Below are positions 1 to 7,141 of a stretch of DNA of 34,261 nucleotides, piece after piece. The DNA is from a virus (lineage: Duplodnaviria > Caudoviricetes). Both the position numbers and the translations under genes were made by a program. The stretch lies in the IMG/VR virus record IMGVR_UViG_3300030109_001650, positions 1-34,261 of that record; one strand, 5' to 3'. A model generated the notes under the pieces. That model saw only the letters and a program-made list of their open reading frames with translations, searched no databases and was not told the origin of the DNA. Each line of letters begins with the position of its first letter. The first letter of the stretch is position 1.

Positions 1-58
1 GTTTATACCAGATGTATTTATGTCCTAACCTCATTGGATCACGATAATAATCATCTAA
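1..58. repeat. Terminal direct repeat, left copy (circular overlap with 34204-34261)
   Basis: gtttataccagatgtatttatgtcc...tcatctaa matches 34204-34261 at 56/58 positions (T/C at positions 13 and 17). Confidence 0.95.
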
Positions 59-355
59 TGCGTGCATTTTATTTATTTGTTTTTTGTACGTTGGATTAGC
101 CCAATCTACAGTTTGTGTATCATCTAACCCAGCTTCTTTTTTTACAGTGTTATGGTCAGGTATCTCATCTTGTGTAACAAAATGTACACTTTCAAAGTCA
201 CCACTGTCACCACCACCATTGAAACTAACAGCAAAGTAGATAACATCATGCTGTTTCATGAACCTATGAAACTCTGGTATTGAATGTTCTTTGAAAGATT
301 TATTCTGTCTTTCTCTACGTTCTTCCCATGTTTCTTCTTGTTTTGTTGCAGTCAT
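1..355 (-). CDS. 5' part of a DUF6878-like protein spanning the circular junction (188 aa in total, continues to 33992)
   Basis: Manual translation from ATG 355 (RBS AAGGAGG at ~361-367) gives MTATKQEETW...FAVSFNGGGDSGDFE...RDPMRLGHKYIWYK with no stop. It is in frame with ORF 33992-34237. Missing from the ORF track. Confidence 0.85.
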   Translation of the reverse strand, partial: MTATKQEETWEERRERQNKSFKEHSIPEFHRFMKQHDVIYFAVSFNGGGDSGDFESVHFVTQDEIPDHNTVKKEAGLDDTQTVDWANPTYKKQINKMHALDDYYRDPMRLGHKYIWYK

Positions 356-370
356 TACAACCTCCTTTGG

Positions 371-529
371 TTGTGCCTGCCCATCTCAAACCATAATAAA
401 CAGGCACGATTATATCTATACACCATGTATAGAATTCATTAAGGTAGATAGACAGCTGGGCGTCACAGCGTCCCTTACATCCTAGGTCTATCTACCCATC
501 ATGCCAAGCACTGGTACCTTACGTCTTGG
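371..529. other. Intergenic array of four stem-loops
   Basis: Stems gtgcctg/caggcac (373-379/401-407), tctataca/tgtataga (415-422/426-433), ggtagatagac/gtctatctacc (443-453/486-496) and ccaag/cttgg (504-508/525-529). Confidence 0.65.
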
Positions 530-539
530 ACTTACAGTC

Positions 540-896
540 TTAAAATAATTTGTGTTGTTGAATGTTAGAGTAAGCAATCTTATCAATAAGTTTCAGGACG
601 CAACCAGTCCATTCATCTCTCATGCTTAGTTTATGACAACTCCAAATGTTTTTATGTCTACGAGGTATGGCACTCCTAAACTGTAATCTTGTATCCTTTG
701 GACTTATCGTTGCTTGTATTACATCTGGTAAATGTTCATGTACAATACAGCCACAGAATTCCATGCCTGTAGCACTCCATCTAACAGCACGTATATCTAC
801 ATAAATATCTGACTGAGGTATAGACTTGACTTGCTCAAGTGTGCATCTCATATCTATACCTTGCCATTTTACATAGAGTAGTCTATGTATTTTCAT
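540..896 (-). CDS. Hypothetical early protein
   Basis: Track ORF 540-926; the more likely start is ATG 896 (MKIHRLL), which overlaps the upstream stop as ATGA. Confidence 0.6.
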   Translation of the reverse strand: MKIHRLLYVKWQGIDMRCTLEQVKSIPQSDIYVDIRAVRWSATGMEFCGCIVHEHLPDVIQATISPKDTRLQFRSAIPRRHKNIWSCHKLSMRDEWTGCVLKLIDKIAYSNIQQHKLF

Positions 897-1210
897 AAGC
901 CTTTTTCCTTTTCTATATCTAAACATTCACGTAAGCTACAAGGCTTCCAGAATTTATCTCTTTCAATCTTCAATCCCATAGCAAGAGTTGTTTCTTCTAT
1001 CTCATCTATACTTACAGAACCATACTCTGCGTCAGTGATAGAACATACACCCCATGCTATGTTAGTATCTGGATCCAGTTCAGACAGATACCAAGTACCC
1101 AGTCCGATTGGATTGAATAGTTTTACAACACCATCAAATTCTTTAGTACCATCTTGTTGTTGATGGTTCTTAATCATCTTCATGCGTTGTGCTTTCGTTA
1201 GTAGTTTCAT
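893..1210 (-). CDS. DUF2958-like protein
   Basis: Motifs VVKLFNPxG.GTWYLSELDP, AEYGSVSIDEI and IERDKFW resemble DUF2958; RBS AGGAGG lies 5 nt before ATG 1210. Confidence 0.8.
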   Translation of the reverse strand: MKLLTKAQRMKMIKNHQQQDGTKEFDGVVKLFNPIGLGTWYLSELDPDTNIAWGVCSITDAEYGSVSIDEIEETTLAMGLKIERDKFWKPCSLRECLDIEKEKGL

Positions 1211-1322
1211 CATTACCTCCTACTGTTATGACAGTAAATTCCCATTCACCATCTTTGTTTACATAATGCTTAGTGTCACCGCCAAGCTGTTCCAGAACAT
1301 TTATTGTTTTATCTAAGCTCAT
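1170..1322 (-). CDS. Small hypothetical protein (50 aa, MSLDKTINVLEQLGG...)
   Basis: RBS GGGAGGAG (1334-1327) precedes ATG 1322. The track's longer start at 1484 runs through a hairpin-rich region and lacks an RBS. Confidence 0.65.
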   Translation of the reverse strand: MSLDKTINVLEQLGGDTKHYVNKDGEWEFTVITVGGNDETTNESTTHEDD

Positions 1323-1349
1323 ATAGCTCCTCCCTACTTCATTTTCGAA

Positions 1350-1444
1350 GTAAATAAAATATGTTTCGCAAAACCGAGGACATATTTTATTTACGAAGAT
1401 ATCTGACCAGACGATCCATAGTTGAGGTTTCGACAGATATCTTC
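1350..1444. other. Two abutting stem-loops with perfect 15-bp and 11-bp stems
   Basis: gtaaataaaatatgt/acatattttatttac (1350-1364/1380-1394) is directly followed by gaagatatctg/cagatatcttc (1395-1405/1434-1444). Confidence 0.8.
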
Positions 1445-1553
1445 TACACCTTGACTCCTTGGTGCTATACCCAGCCACTGTCATAGTGTTTCAGGGTTTA
1501 AAATATGTTGATGTGCGTACTGAAAGCGAAACTAATTCAGAGGCACAAGCAAA

Positions 1554-1573
1554 GAGTCGACCGAAGCCGACTC
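1554..1573 (-). terminator. Hairpin with a cUUCGg tetraloop downstream of ORF 1587-2060; putative intrinsic terminator
   Basis: The - strand reads gagtcggc-TTCG-gtcgactc followed by tttgctt, 13 nt after the stop codon; the U tract is short. Confidence 0.55.
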
Positions 1574-1586
1574 AATGCAAGATGTG

Positions 1587-2060
1587 TTACTTAAGTAAGT
1601 TTTTTACTTGTTGGTAACTCATGCAATTATCAGGATTGCCTGCCTTTTTCGTATTGTCCTTGATGATAGGATTATACTCTTTGCCGAACGTATCCTTGTA
1701 TAACGATTGTGCGAACACCATGGTTCTTCTACTGACCTCAGCGTTACCAGATGTGTAGACGATAATAGCGCCATGCTTTTGCATAGCTTCGTCTGTTATG
1801 TGGTCGGTAACTGATTTGTGGAAACCCTCTTCTTCAAGGATGTCACGCAATCCAGCTTTGCTTAGTGCTTCAGTGTTTAACCAATAGTTAAGACTCCTTT
1901 TATTGTTGTAAATCAGCTTCTCCAAATAGTCTTTCGCGGGACTGAAATCAGAATCTTCCAGACTATATGGTGAGTTAGGTGAGACACCACACTCGCAGTA
2001 GAAGTCGAATTGGACCTTAACTGCTTTTAAAGAGTCACTTAGTGTTAATTGTTTTGCCAT
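1587..2060 (-). CDS. Hypothetical protein (157 aa) lying entirely within the left arm of the giant inverted repeat
   Basis: Strong RBS AGGAGG 6 nt before ATG 2060, TTGACA upstream, hairpin downstream; no family recognised. Confidence 0.8.
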   Translation of the reverse strand: MAKQLTLSDSLKAVKVQFDFYCECGVSPNSPYSLEDSDFSPAKDYLEKLIYNNKRSLNYWLNTEALSKAGLRDILEEEGFHKSVTDHITDEAMQKHGAIIVYTSGNAEVSRRTMVFAQSLYKDTFGKEYNPIIKDNTKKAGNPDNCMSYQQVKNLLK

Positions 2061-2103
2061 TTTTACCTCCTGCTAGTTAATCTAGCTGTTAAATGGTGCG
2101 AAT

Positions 2104-2195
2104 GTATAAACAATGCACGAAATGATATGTCAAGGACTAGGTCTTCGACTTTGCGTAGCAAATCCTTGACATTCATTCTCGGCATATGTTTTACT
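2104..2195. promoter_or_regulatory. Back-to-back sigma70-like divergent promoters at the hairpin apex
   Basis: TTGACA on - (2133-2128) and on + (2166-2171). The -10 candidates are imperfect: TATACA at a 19-nt spacer on -, TG-t-TTTACT at an 18-nt spacer on +. Confidence 0.5.
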
Positions 2196-2466
2196 CGCCA
2201 ATCCAATTAACAGCTTAGCTTAACAGCAAGAGGTGGAAATGGATTAAAACAAAAACACTAAGAGAGGATATTAAAACGTTAAGTCCAATGAGACTACTGC
2301 GAGAGTGTGTGTCTCGGTACCTAACCACTATATAAACCTGAAATGTGTCTGAAGCTTCTGTCAGTCCCGCCTTGTGAAAGACTGGGGAAGCTTGATTTAC
2401 TCAATAAAAGGGGGCATCATTGTGTTAATAAGCTGAAGCACAAGCAAGGATGTGATGAAGTAAGAC

Positions 2467-2868
2467 ATGAAGAAGATACAGGATTCCCAAATCAGTAACG
2501 ACCAGCTACAGACTAAGCTGACTGCAAAACAGAAGCTATTAGTGGATACACTGGTAGCCGAGGGATGTAGTATGAAAGAAGCTGGTATTCGCGCAGGATA
2601 CAAGGAAAACTCGGCAAGAATATCCGCACACAAGGCGCTACGAATTCCCAAGGTAGCAAACTACTACGCGAATGAGTTACGAATAAGTCTAAATCTGTCA
2701 TCACATCTTGCATTGAAAAGGATTCGGTCCCTCTGCTCTGGTGCCAAGTCTGAATACGTTCAGCTTGAAGCATCAAAGGACCTGCTCGATAGGGCAGGAC
2801 ATAAGCCACCAGAGCAACATCAGCATTTAGTCGCAGGGGATTTCTCCATTAAGATAGACTTGAGTTAA
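2467..2868 (+). CDS. terS: Terminase small subunit
   Basis: N-terminal HTH LTAKQKLLV...EAGIRAGY..SARISAHKALRIPKV and C-terminal SEYVQLEASKDLLDRAG; first gene of the packaging/structural operon. Confidence 0.85.
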   Translation: MKKIQDSQISNDQLQTKLTAKQKLLVDTLVAEGCSMKEAGIRAGYKENSARISAHKALRIPKVANYYANELRISLNLSSHLALKRIRSLCSGAKSEYVQLEASKDLLDRAGHKPPEQHQHLVAGDFSIKIDLS

Positions 2869-3042
2869 GATACCCTGTGGAAAATGACTGATGTAGGACC
2901 GAAACAATTGCATGGGGGTTGAAAAACTGACACACCCAAGATAGCAAACCTATTGCCCACGTAATATTTTCCTTTAAAGTCCGTCCTACCTGTGGTCAAA
3001 TAGTAATGGCGAAAAAATATTTTTTACCGTAGGAGGTATATT

Positions 3043-3135
3043 ATGCCAATGGGAAAAGGAACATATGGATCTAAGAAAGGTAGACCACCAATGAAGAAGA
3101 CTACTAAAACTCCAATGAAGAAAAAGAAAAAGTAA
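3043..3135 (+). CDS. Tiny lysine-rich peptide (30 aa, MPMGKGTYGSKKGRPPMKKTTKTPMKKKKK)
   Basis: RBS AGGAGG at 3031-3036; the stop overlaps the next start (TAATG). Below the ORF-track cutoff. Confidence 0.8.
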   Translation: MPMGKGTYGSKKGRPPMKKTTKTPMKKKKK

Positions 3136-3566
3136 TGGAGTCTTTACTTAAAAGAGGTAAGAAGTTCTATAAAGAGAATGAAACTGCTATCAATGTAGGT
3201 ATGCTATTTATTCCGGGTGTAGGGCTTCTAGGTCAAGGCGTTAAGCATGGTATTAAGTACGCTCTATCAGCTCAAAGAGCCACCGATACATTCAAAGCTG
3301 TTAATAAAATACCAAAGATTAAATACGTACCTCAACCTAAAGGTACATCTGGTAGTTGGCTAACACAAAATAGATTGAATACACAAAGAAGTTTCTTAAA
3401 AGAAAGAGATGTTTATAAGGTTAAATACAAACAATACAGAAAAGAACAATCGGATCTAGCTAATACAAGCATGAAAAAGATGATGCTATACACTGGTACA
3501 GGTTTGGGACTATCAGGAGCTGGTATCTATCAAGCAGGAAAGAAAAATAAGAACAACAGCAGGTAG
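3135..3566 (+). CDS. Basic hypothetical protein with Gly-rich hydrophobic segments
   Basis: 143-aa ORF, translationally coupled, typical codon usage. Confidence 0.75.
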   Translation: MESLLKRGKKFYKENETAINVGMLFIPGVGLLGQGVKHGIKYALSAQRATDTFKAVNKIPKIKYVPQPKGTSGSWLTQNRLNTQRSFLKERDVYKVKYKQYRKEQSDLANTSMKKMMLYTGTGLGLSGAGIYQAGKKNKNNSR

Positions 3567-3583
3567 GGAGTGTATACTAAGAT

Positions 3584-4330
3584 ATGGCTAAAATCAATAA
3601 GAACCTATTCAAAGGCAAACCTAAAGACACTATTATCAAAGGCGTCAATGTATCAAAAGGATTAAGGACTGGTAAGAAAGTTGGGAAGTTTGCATTAGGT
3701 TTAATTACTAAGATTCATCCAGTAGCACGTGTTGGTAGCTTATTGTATAAAGCAGGTCGTGTAGTCTATTTGAGACAACAAACTAGAAACTTAGGCATCA
3801 TAGCTAAAAGGGCATCTGATATCGTCCGTAGAACACCTGTAATGGGCAAAGTTGTTATTCAGCCAGCAAAGGGCAACAAGATTGTTAAAAGGGCAAAAAC
3901 AGGCAATCAGTACGCTAGTATGACCTATAACTATCTAAGGGGTATCAAACGTACTAAAGCATCACCACAGAAACTATTGGCTTATGAAAAAAAGATTCCG
4001 GGTGGTACTATGAAACCATCTAATAATATTCCTATAGGAAAACCTAAAATTTTAACCAATAGATCCACAGTAGCACTGGCTAGGAAAAGACGTGCATTAC
4101 GACAAGAAGCTTCAATTGGTATGGGCATCAAAGGAATTGTTGGACTGGGTGCATACAAAGGTGGCAAGAGATTAACACAAACTCAGTATGGTGCATTACC
4201 ACTAGATAGCAATGTAGCCAGACAAAACTTAATTATATCATCAGTTAGAAAAGCTAAAGGTAAGAAATATGGGACATCTAACTTGACTAAAGACCAAATG
4301 GATTCAATATTTAATAGGTTAAAACCATGA
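3584..4330 (+). CDS. Highly basic hypothetical protein
   Basis: 248-aa Lys/Arg-rich ORF with GGGAG upstream. Confidence 0.8.
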   Translation: MAKINKNLFKGKPKDTIIKGVNVSKGLRTGKKVGKFALGLITKIHPVARVGSLLYKAGRVVYLRQQTRNLGIIAKRASDIVRRTPVMGKVVIQPAKGNKIVKRAKTGNQYASMTYNYLRGIKRTKASPQKLLAYEKKIPGGTMKPSNNIPIGKPKILTNRSTVALARKRRALRQEASIGMGIKGIVGLGAYKGGKRLTQTQYGALPLDSNVARQNLIISSVRKAKGKKYGTSNLTKDQMDSIFNRLKP

Positions 4331-4503
4331 CAACTAAAATGGAGCAACGTGCCAAATGTATAATAAAAAACGAGCAAAAGGAAAAAAGGGCAAGAAGAAA
4401 CCTTGCTGTCAAAGACTTCATAGAATATAAAATGCTTAGAGGTCATAGTAGAGAAACAGCTAGTAAGATGGCACAATCCTTAATCGATGACAATAATTCC
4501 TAA
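4327..4503 (+). CDS. Small hypothetical protein (58 aa, MTTKMEQRAKCIIKNEQ...EYKMLRGHSRETASKMAQ...)
   Basis: Manual translation; ATGA overlap with the upstream stop; fills the gap between two ORFs. Confidence 0.7.
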   Translation: MTTKMEQRAKCIIKNEQKEKRARRNLAVKDFIEYKMLRGHSRETASKMAQSLIDDNNS

Positions 4504-5452
4504 AAAAAGAACCAAGAACCCAGCTACCCCACAAGAGATAGCTACGACCAAACGCAATGCAGCAATCATAGGCAATATATTAAGCTTTGCAGTACCCGTT
4601 GGTTATCTGGGCAATGTGGCTAGGATTATCAAACAAAACAAATCATTTGTTAAAGACTTACGTGCCAATATCAGAAAGACACAAGATCCAAAAGGAATAA
4701 GAGAGATGGATTATAATAATCCTAAAATTATACTAAAAGGCGATGTCTTAGTTAGAAAAGGAAAACTTAATGTCTACAGAGGTCAGGGTACTCCAACACT
4801 ACAAGATGCAATTACTTTATCTTCTACACAAACTTTTATAAAAAAAGGTGCTAGACCAATAGGTAGTCGTGTTAATAAACTATCTGGTAAACAACAGCCA
4901 ATTAATTCTTATAGACCAGAAGTAGCATCTGATAGAATGGCAGCAAAGATACAAGTATCTCAACTTGGAAGATATGCAACAACAGATCCAAGAAGAGGCA
5001 AGATGTACGCTACTATGAAAAGAAAAGGACAGTTAACCGCAGGTGGCGAACCCCAATATGATGCAGTAAGAAAAACATACAGAATTAAAATAGCTGATTA
5101 TTTTAAAGGTTTAAACGCTAAATCAAGAACAATTCGATTTGTTAATAAATCCTTTCCTAAAAATAGAGCAGATGAAATAAAACGAACAAGAGCAAAGATA
5201 TCATTTCCATATGGAGAGCCAATAGATGCAACAAAGTCTAATGTAAGTCTTGATGTCAAACGCCTTTTTAATGTAATACAAAAAAATAGAACATCTATTG
5301 GTAGAACGAGAGCAGGAAATCCGGGAGTCTATCCTGTAGCACCAAGAAATCCTTTTACTGGTAAACAGTTAATTGATAAAGGATATATCTTAAAAAATGT
5401 AGATAAACAATTCTTGATACCTAAAAAACTCGATAGAAAGCTTAGAAAATAA
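4487..5452 (+). CDS. Basic hypothetical protein, possible ADP-ribosyltransferase-like fold
   Basis: 321-aa ORF containing LNVYRG and GRYATTDPRRGKMYA; the fold call is tentative. Confidence 0.7.
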   Translation: MTIIPKKRTKNPATPQEIATTKRNAAIIGNILSFAVPVGYLGNVARIIKQNKSFVKDLRANIRKTQDPKGIREMDYNNPKIILKGDVLVRKGKLNVYRGQGTPTLQDAITLSSTQTFIKKGARPIGSRVNKLSGKQQPINSYRPEVASDRMAAKIQVSQLGRYATTDPRRGKMYATMKRKGQLTAGGEPQYDAVRKTYRIKIADYFKGLNAKSRTIRFVNKSFPKNRADEIKRTRAKISFPYGEPIDATKSNVSLDVKRLFNVIQKNRTSIGRTRAGNPGVYPVAPRNPFTGKQLIDKGYILKNVDKQFLIPKKLDRKLRK

Positions 5453-5658
5453 TGGCACACACAATAGAAGCATTAAGAAAATACAATACCCCAGCTATGA
5501 AAAAACTTATCATTGCTGTTAAGATGAGCCATATGAAAGGATTACCTAAAGAAGCAATGACTGATAGAGAGGCAGAAAGAGTGCTTGAATCCTTGACACC
5601 AGTAACACTTGAGAAGTTATATAAACTAGCAGTGGAACATGACCTCCTTAACTTATAA
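5452..5658 (+). CDS. Hypothetical protein preceding terL
   Basis: 68-aa ORF coupled to the upstream stop and overlapping the terL start. Confidence 0.75.
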   Translation: MAHTIEALRKYNTPAMKKLIIAVKMSHMKGLPKEAMTDREAERVLESLTPVTLEKLYKLAVEHDLLNL

Positions 5659-7141
5659 GCCAGACGGTAACGTAATCAAACAATTCATGAAAGATGATTC
5701 GTTCTTTCGTGGTCTACGTGGACCAGTAGGTAGCGGTAAATCAGTATCATGTTGTATTGAAATCCTTAGAAGAGCATTAGAGCAAAAGCCCGGAGCTGAT
5801 GGGATTGCTAGATCCAGATGGGCTGTAATAAGAAATACTAACCCACAACTTAAAACAACTACCATAAAGACTTGGATTGATTGGTTTCCAGAACAAGAGT
5901 GGGGTAAGTTTCAGTGGTCAGTACCTTATACTCATGTAATTAAAAAAGGCAAAATGGAACTAGAAGTTATCTTCTTAGCACTAGATAGACCAGAAGATGT
6001 TAAGAAACTGCTATCATTAGAGTTAACAGGAGTATGGATCAATGAAGCTAGAGAGATACCTAAGTCAATTGTTGACGCATGTACTATGCGTGTTGGACGT
6101 TATCCTAGTATGCGTGATGGTGGTCCTAGCTGGTATGGTGTTATAGCTGATACTAACCCACCAGATACAGACCATTGGTGGGCAATCCTAGCAGGTGAAA
6201 CTGTTATCCCAGATTACATTACAAAGCAAGAAGCTAAGATGTTAGTTAAGCCAGATAACTGGTTATTTTTCAATCAACCACCAGCAATGGAAGAAGTGTT
6301 TACTAAAGAGGGTGAGCTTGAGGGATACAATGATACTGACAAAAGAGAAAATGGTAAGAATCTTACAGAAAATTATTATAAAAATATCATCAGAGGTAAA
6401 ACTAAATCATGGATTGATGTCTATGTACTCAACAAACTAGGGCAAATTGAAGATGGCAAGCCAGTATATGAGATGTTTAGGCGTGATGTACACGTTGCTA
6501 AGTCTGATATAGCAGTCATGAAAGAGGCACCAATACATATGGGCATAGACTTTGGGCTTACTCCAGCATGTGTGTTTGGTCAAAGAGTACGTGGAAGATG
6601 GCTTATCATTGATGAATTAGTAGCTGAAGACATGGGTATACTTAGGTTTTCTGATTTAATGAAACAAAAAATGGCAGAGTATTTACCTAGAAACTTTACA
6701 ATATTTGGCGATCCAGCAGGAGACCACAGGGCGCAGACAGATGAATCTACCCCATTTCAGATACTTAGAGGTCGTGGTATTAGTGCAAGACCAACACATT
6801 CTAACGATGTTACGTTGAGATTAGAGAGTGTTAATGTTACTTTACAAAGAATGATAGATGGCGATTCTGGAATATTGATAGATCCAAAATGCATAAACCT
6901 TATCAAAGGTTTTGATGGTGGCTATCACTATCGTAGGATGCAAGTATCAGGGGAAAGATATGAAGAGAAACCTAGTAAGAATAGATTCTCGCATGTCCAT
7001 GATGCTCTTCAATACATGTTATTGGGCGCAGGGGAGGGGCGAGCATTGACATCAGGTGCAAAACAAAGTAAACCTGTAGTTGCTAGAAAGAATTTTAATG
7101 TTTTTGAATTAAAACCAAAAACAATATACGGGAGAAGATAA
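5639..7141 (+). CDS. terL: Terminase large subunit
   Basis: Walker A GPVGSGKS, Walker B-like VWINEARE, motif III DTNPP, nuclease motifs GIDFG and HVHDALQY. Confidence 0.97.
   Translation: MTSLTYKPDGNVIKQFMKDDSFFRGLRGPVGSGKSVSCCIEILRRALEQKPGADGIARSRWAVIRNTNPQLKTTTIKTWIDWFPEQEWGKFQWSVPYTHVIKKGKMELEVIFLALDRPEDVKKLLSLELTGVWINEAREIPKSIVDACTMRVGRYPSMRDGGPSWYGVIADTNPPDTDHWWAILAGETVIPDYITKQEAKMLVKPDNWLFFNQPPAMEEVFTKEGELEGYNDTDKRENGKNLTENYYKNIIRGKTKSWIDVYVLNKLGQIEDGKPVYEMFRRDVHVAKSDIAVMKEAPIHMGIDFGLTPACVFGQRVRGRWLIIDELVAEDMGILRFSDLMKQKMAEYLPRNFTIFGDPAGDHRAQTDESTPFQILRGRGISARPTHSNDVTLRLESVNVTLQRMIDGDSGILIDPKCINLIKGFDGGYHYRRMQVSGERYEEKPSKNRFSHVHDALQYMLLGAGEGRALTSGAKQSKPVVARKNFNVFELKPKTIYGRR

Larger units (their letters stand above)
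1451..2817. repeat. Giant imperfect inverted repeat (rod-like fold-back, arms ~620-690 nt, axis ~2150)
   Basis: Colinear exact complementary blocks include 2127-2136/2163-2172, 1992-2001/2294-2303, 1936-1945/2361-2370, 1896-1905/2402-2411, 1693-1701/2598-2606 and 1572-1586/2702-2716. The core 1508-2776 is clear; the outer ~50 nt are weaker. Confidence 0.92.

Noticed and set aside
291-485. Track ORF 291-485 (+), and 885-1163 (+)
   Set aside because: Antisense to better-supported - strand genes with RBSs and recognisable motifs.
1323-1484. N-terminal extension of ORF 1170-1484
   Set aside because: Runs through the hairpin array; the strong RBS is at ATG 1322.
2397-2809. ORFs 2397-2651 (-) and 2513-2809 (-)
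   Set aside because: Antisense to terS with no RBS or family motif; likely shadow ORFs.
1451-2817. Reading the fold-back as transposon terminal repeats, an invertible segment or an assembly palindrome
   Set aside because: No transposase or invertase nearby; the arms are contiguous around a 26-nt loop and highly diverged with many indels, and each carries a different intact gene.
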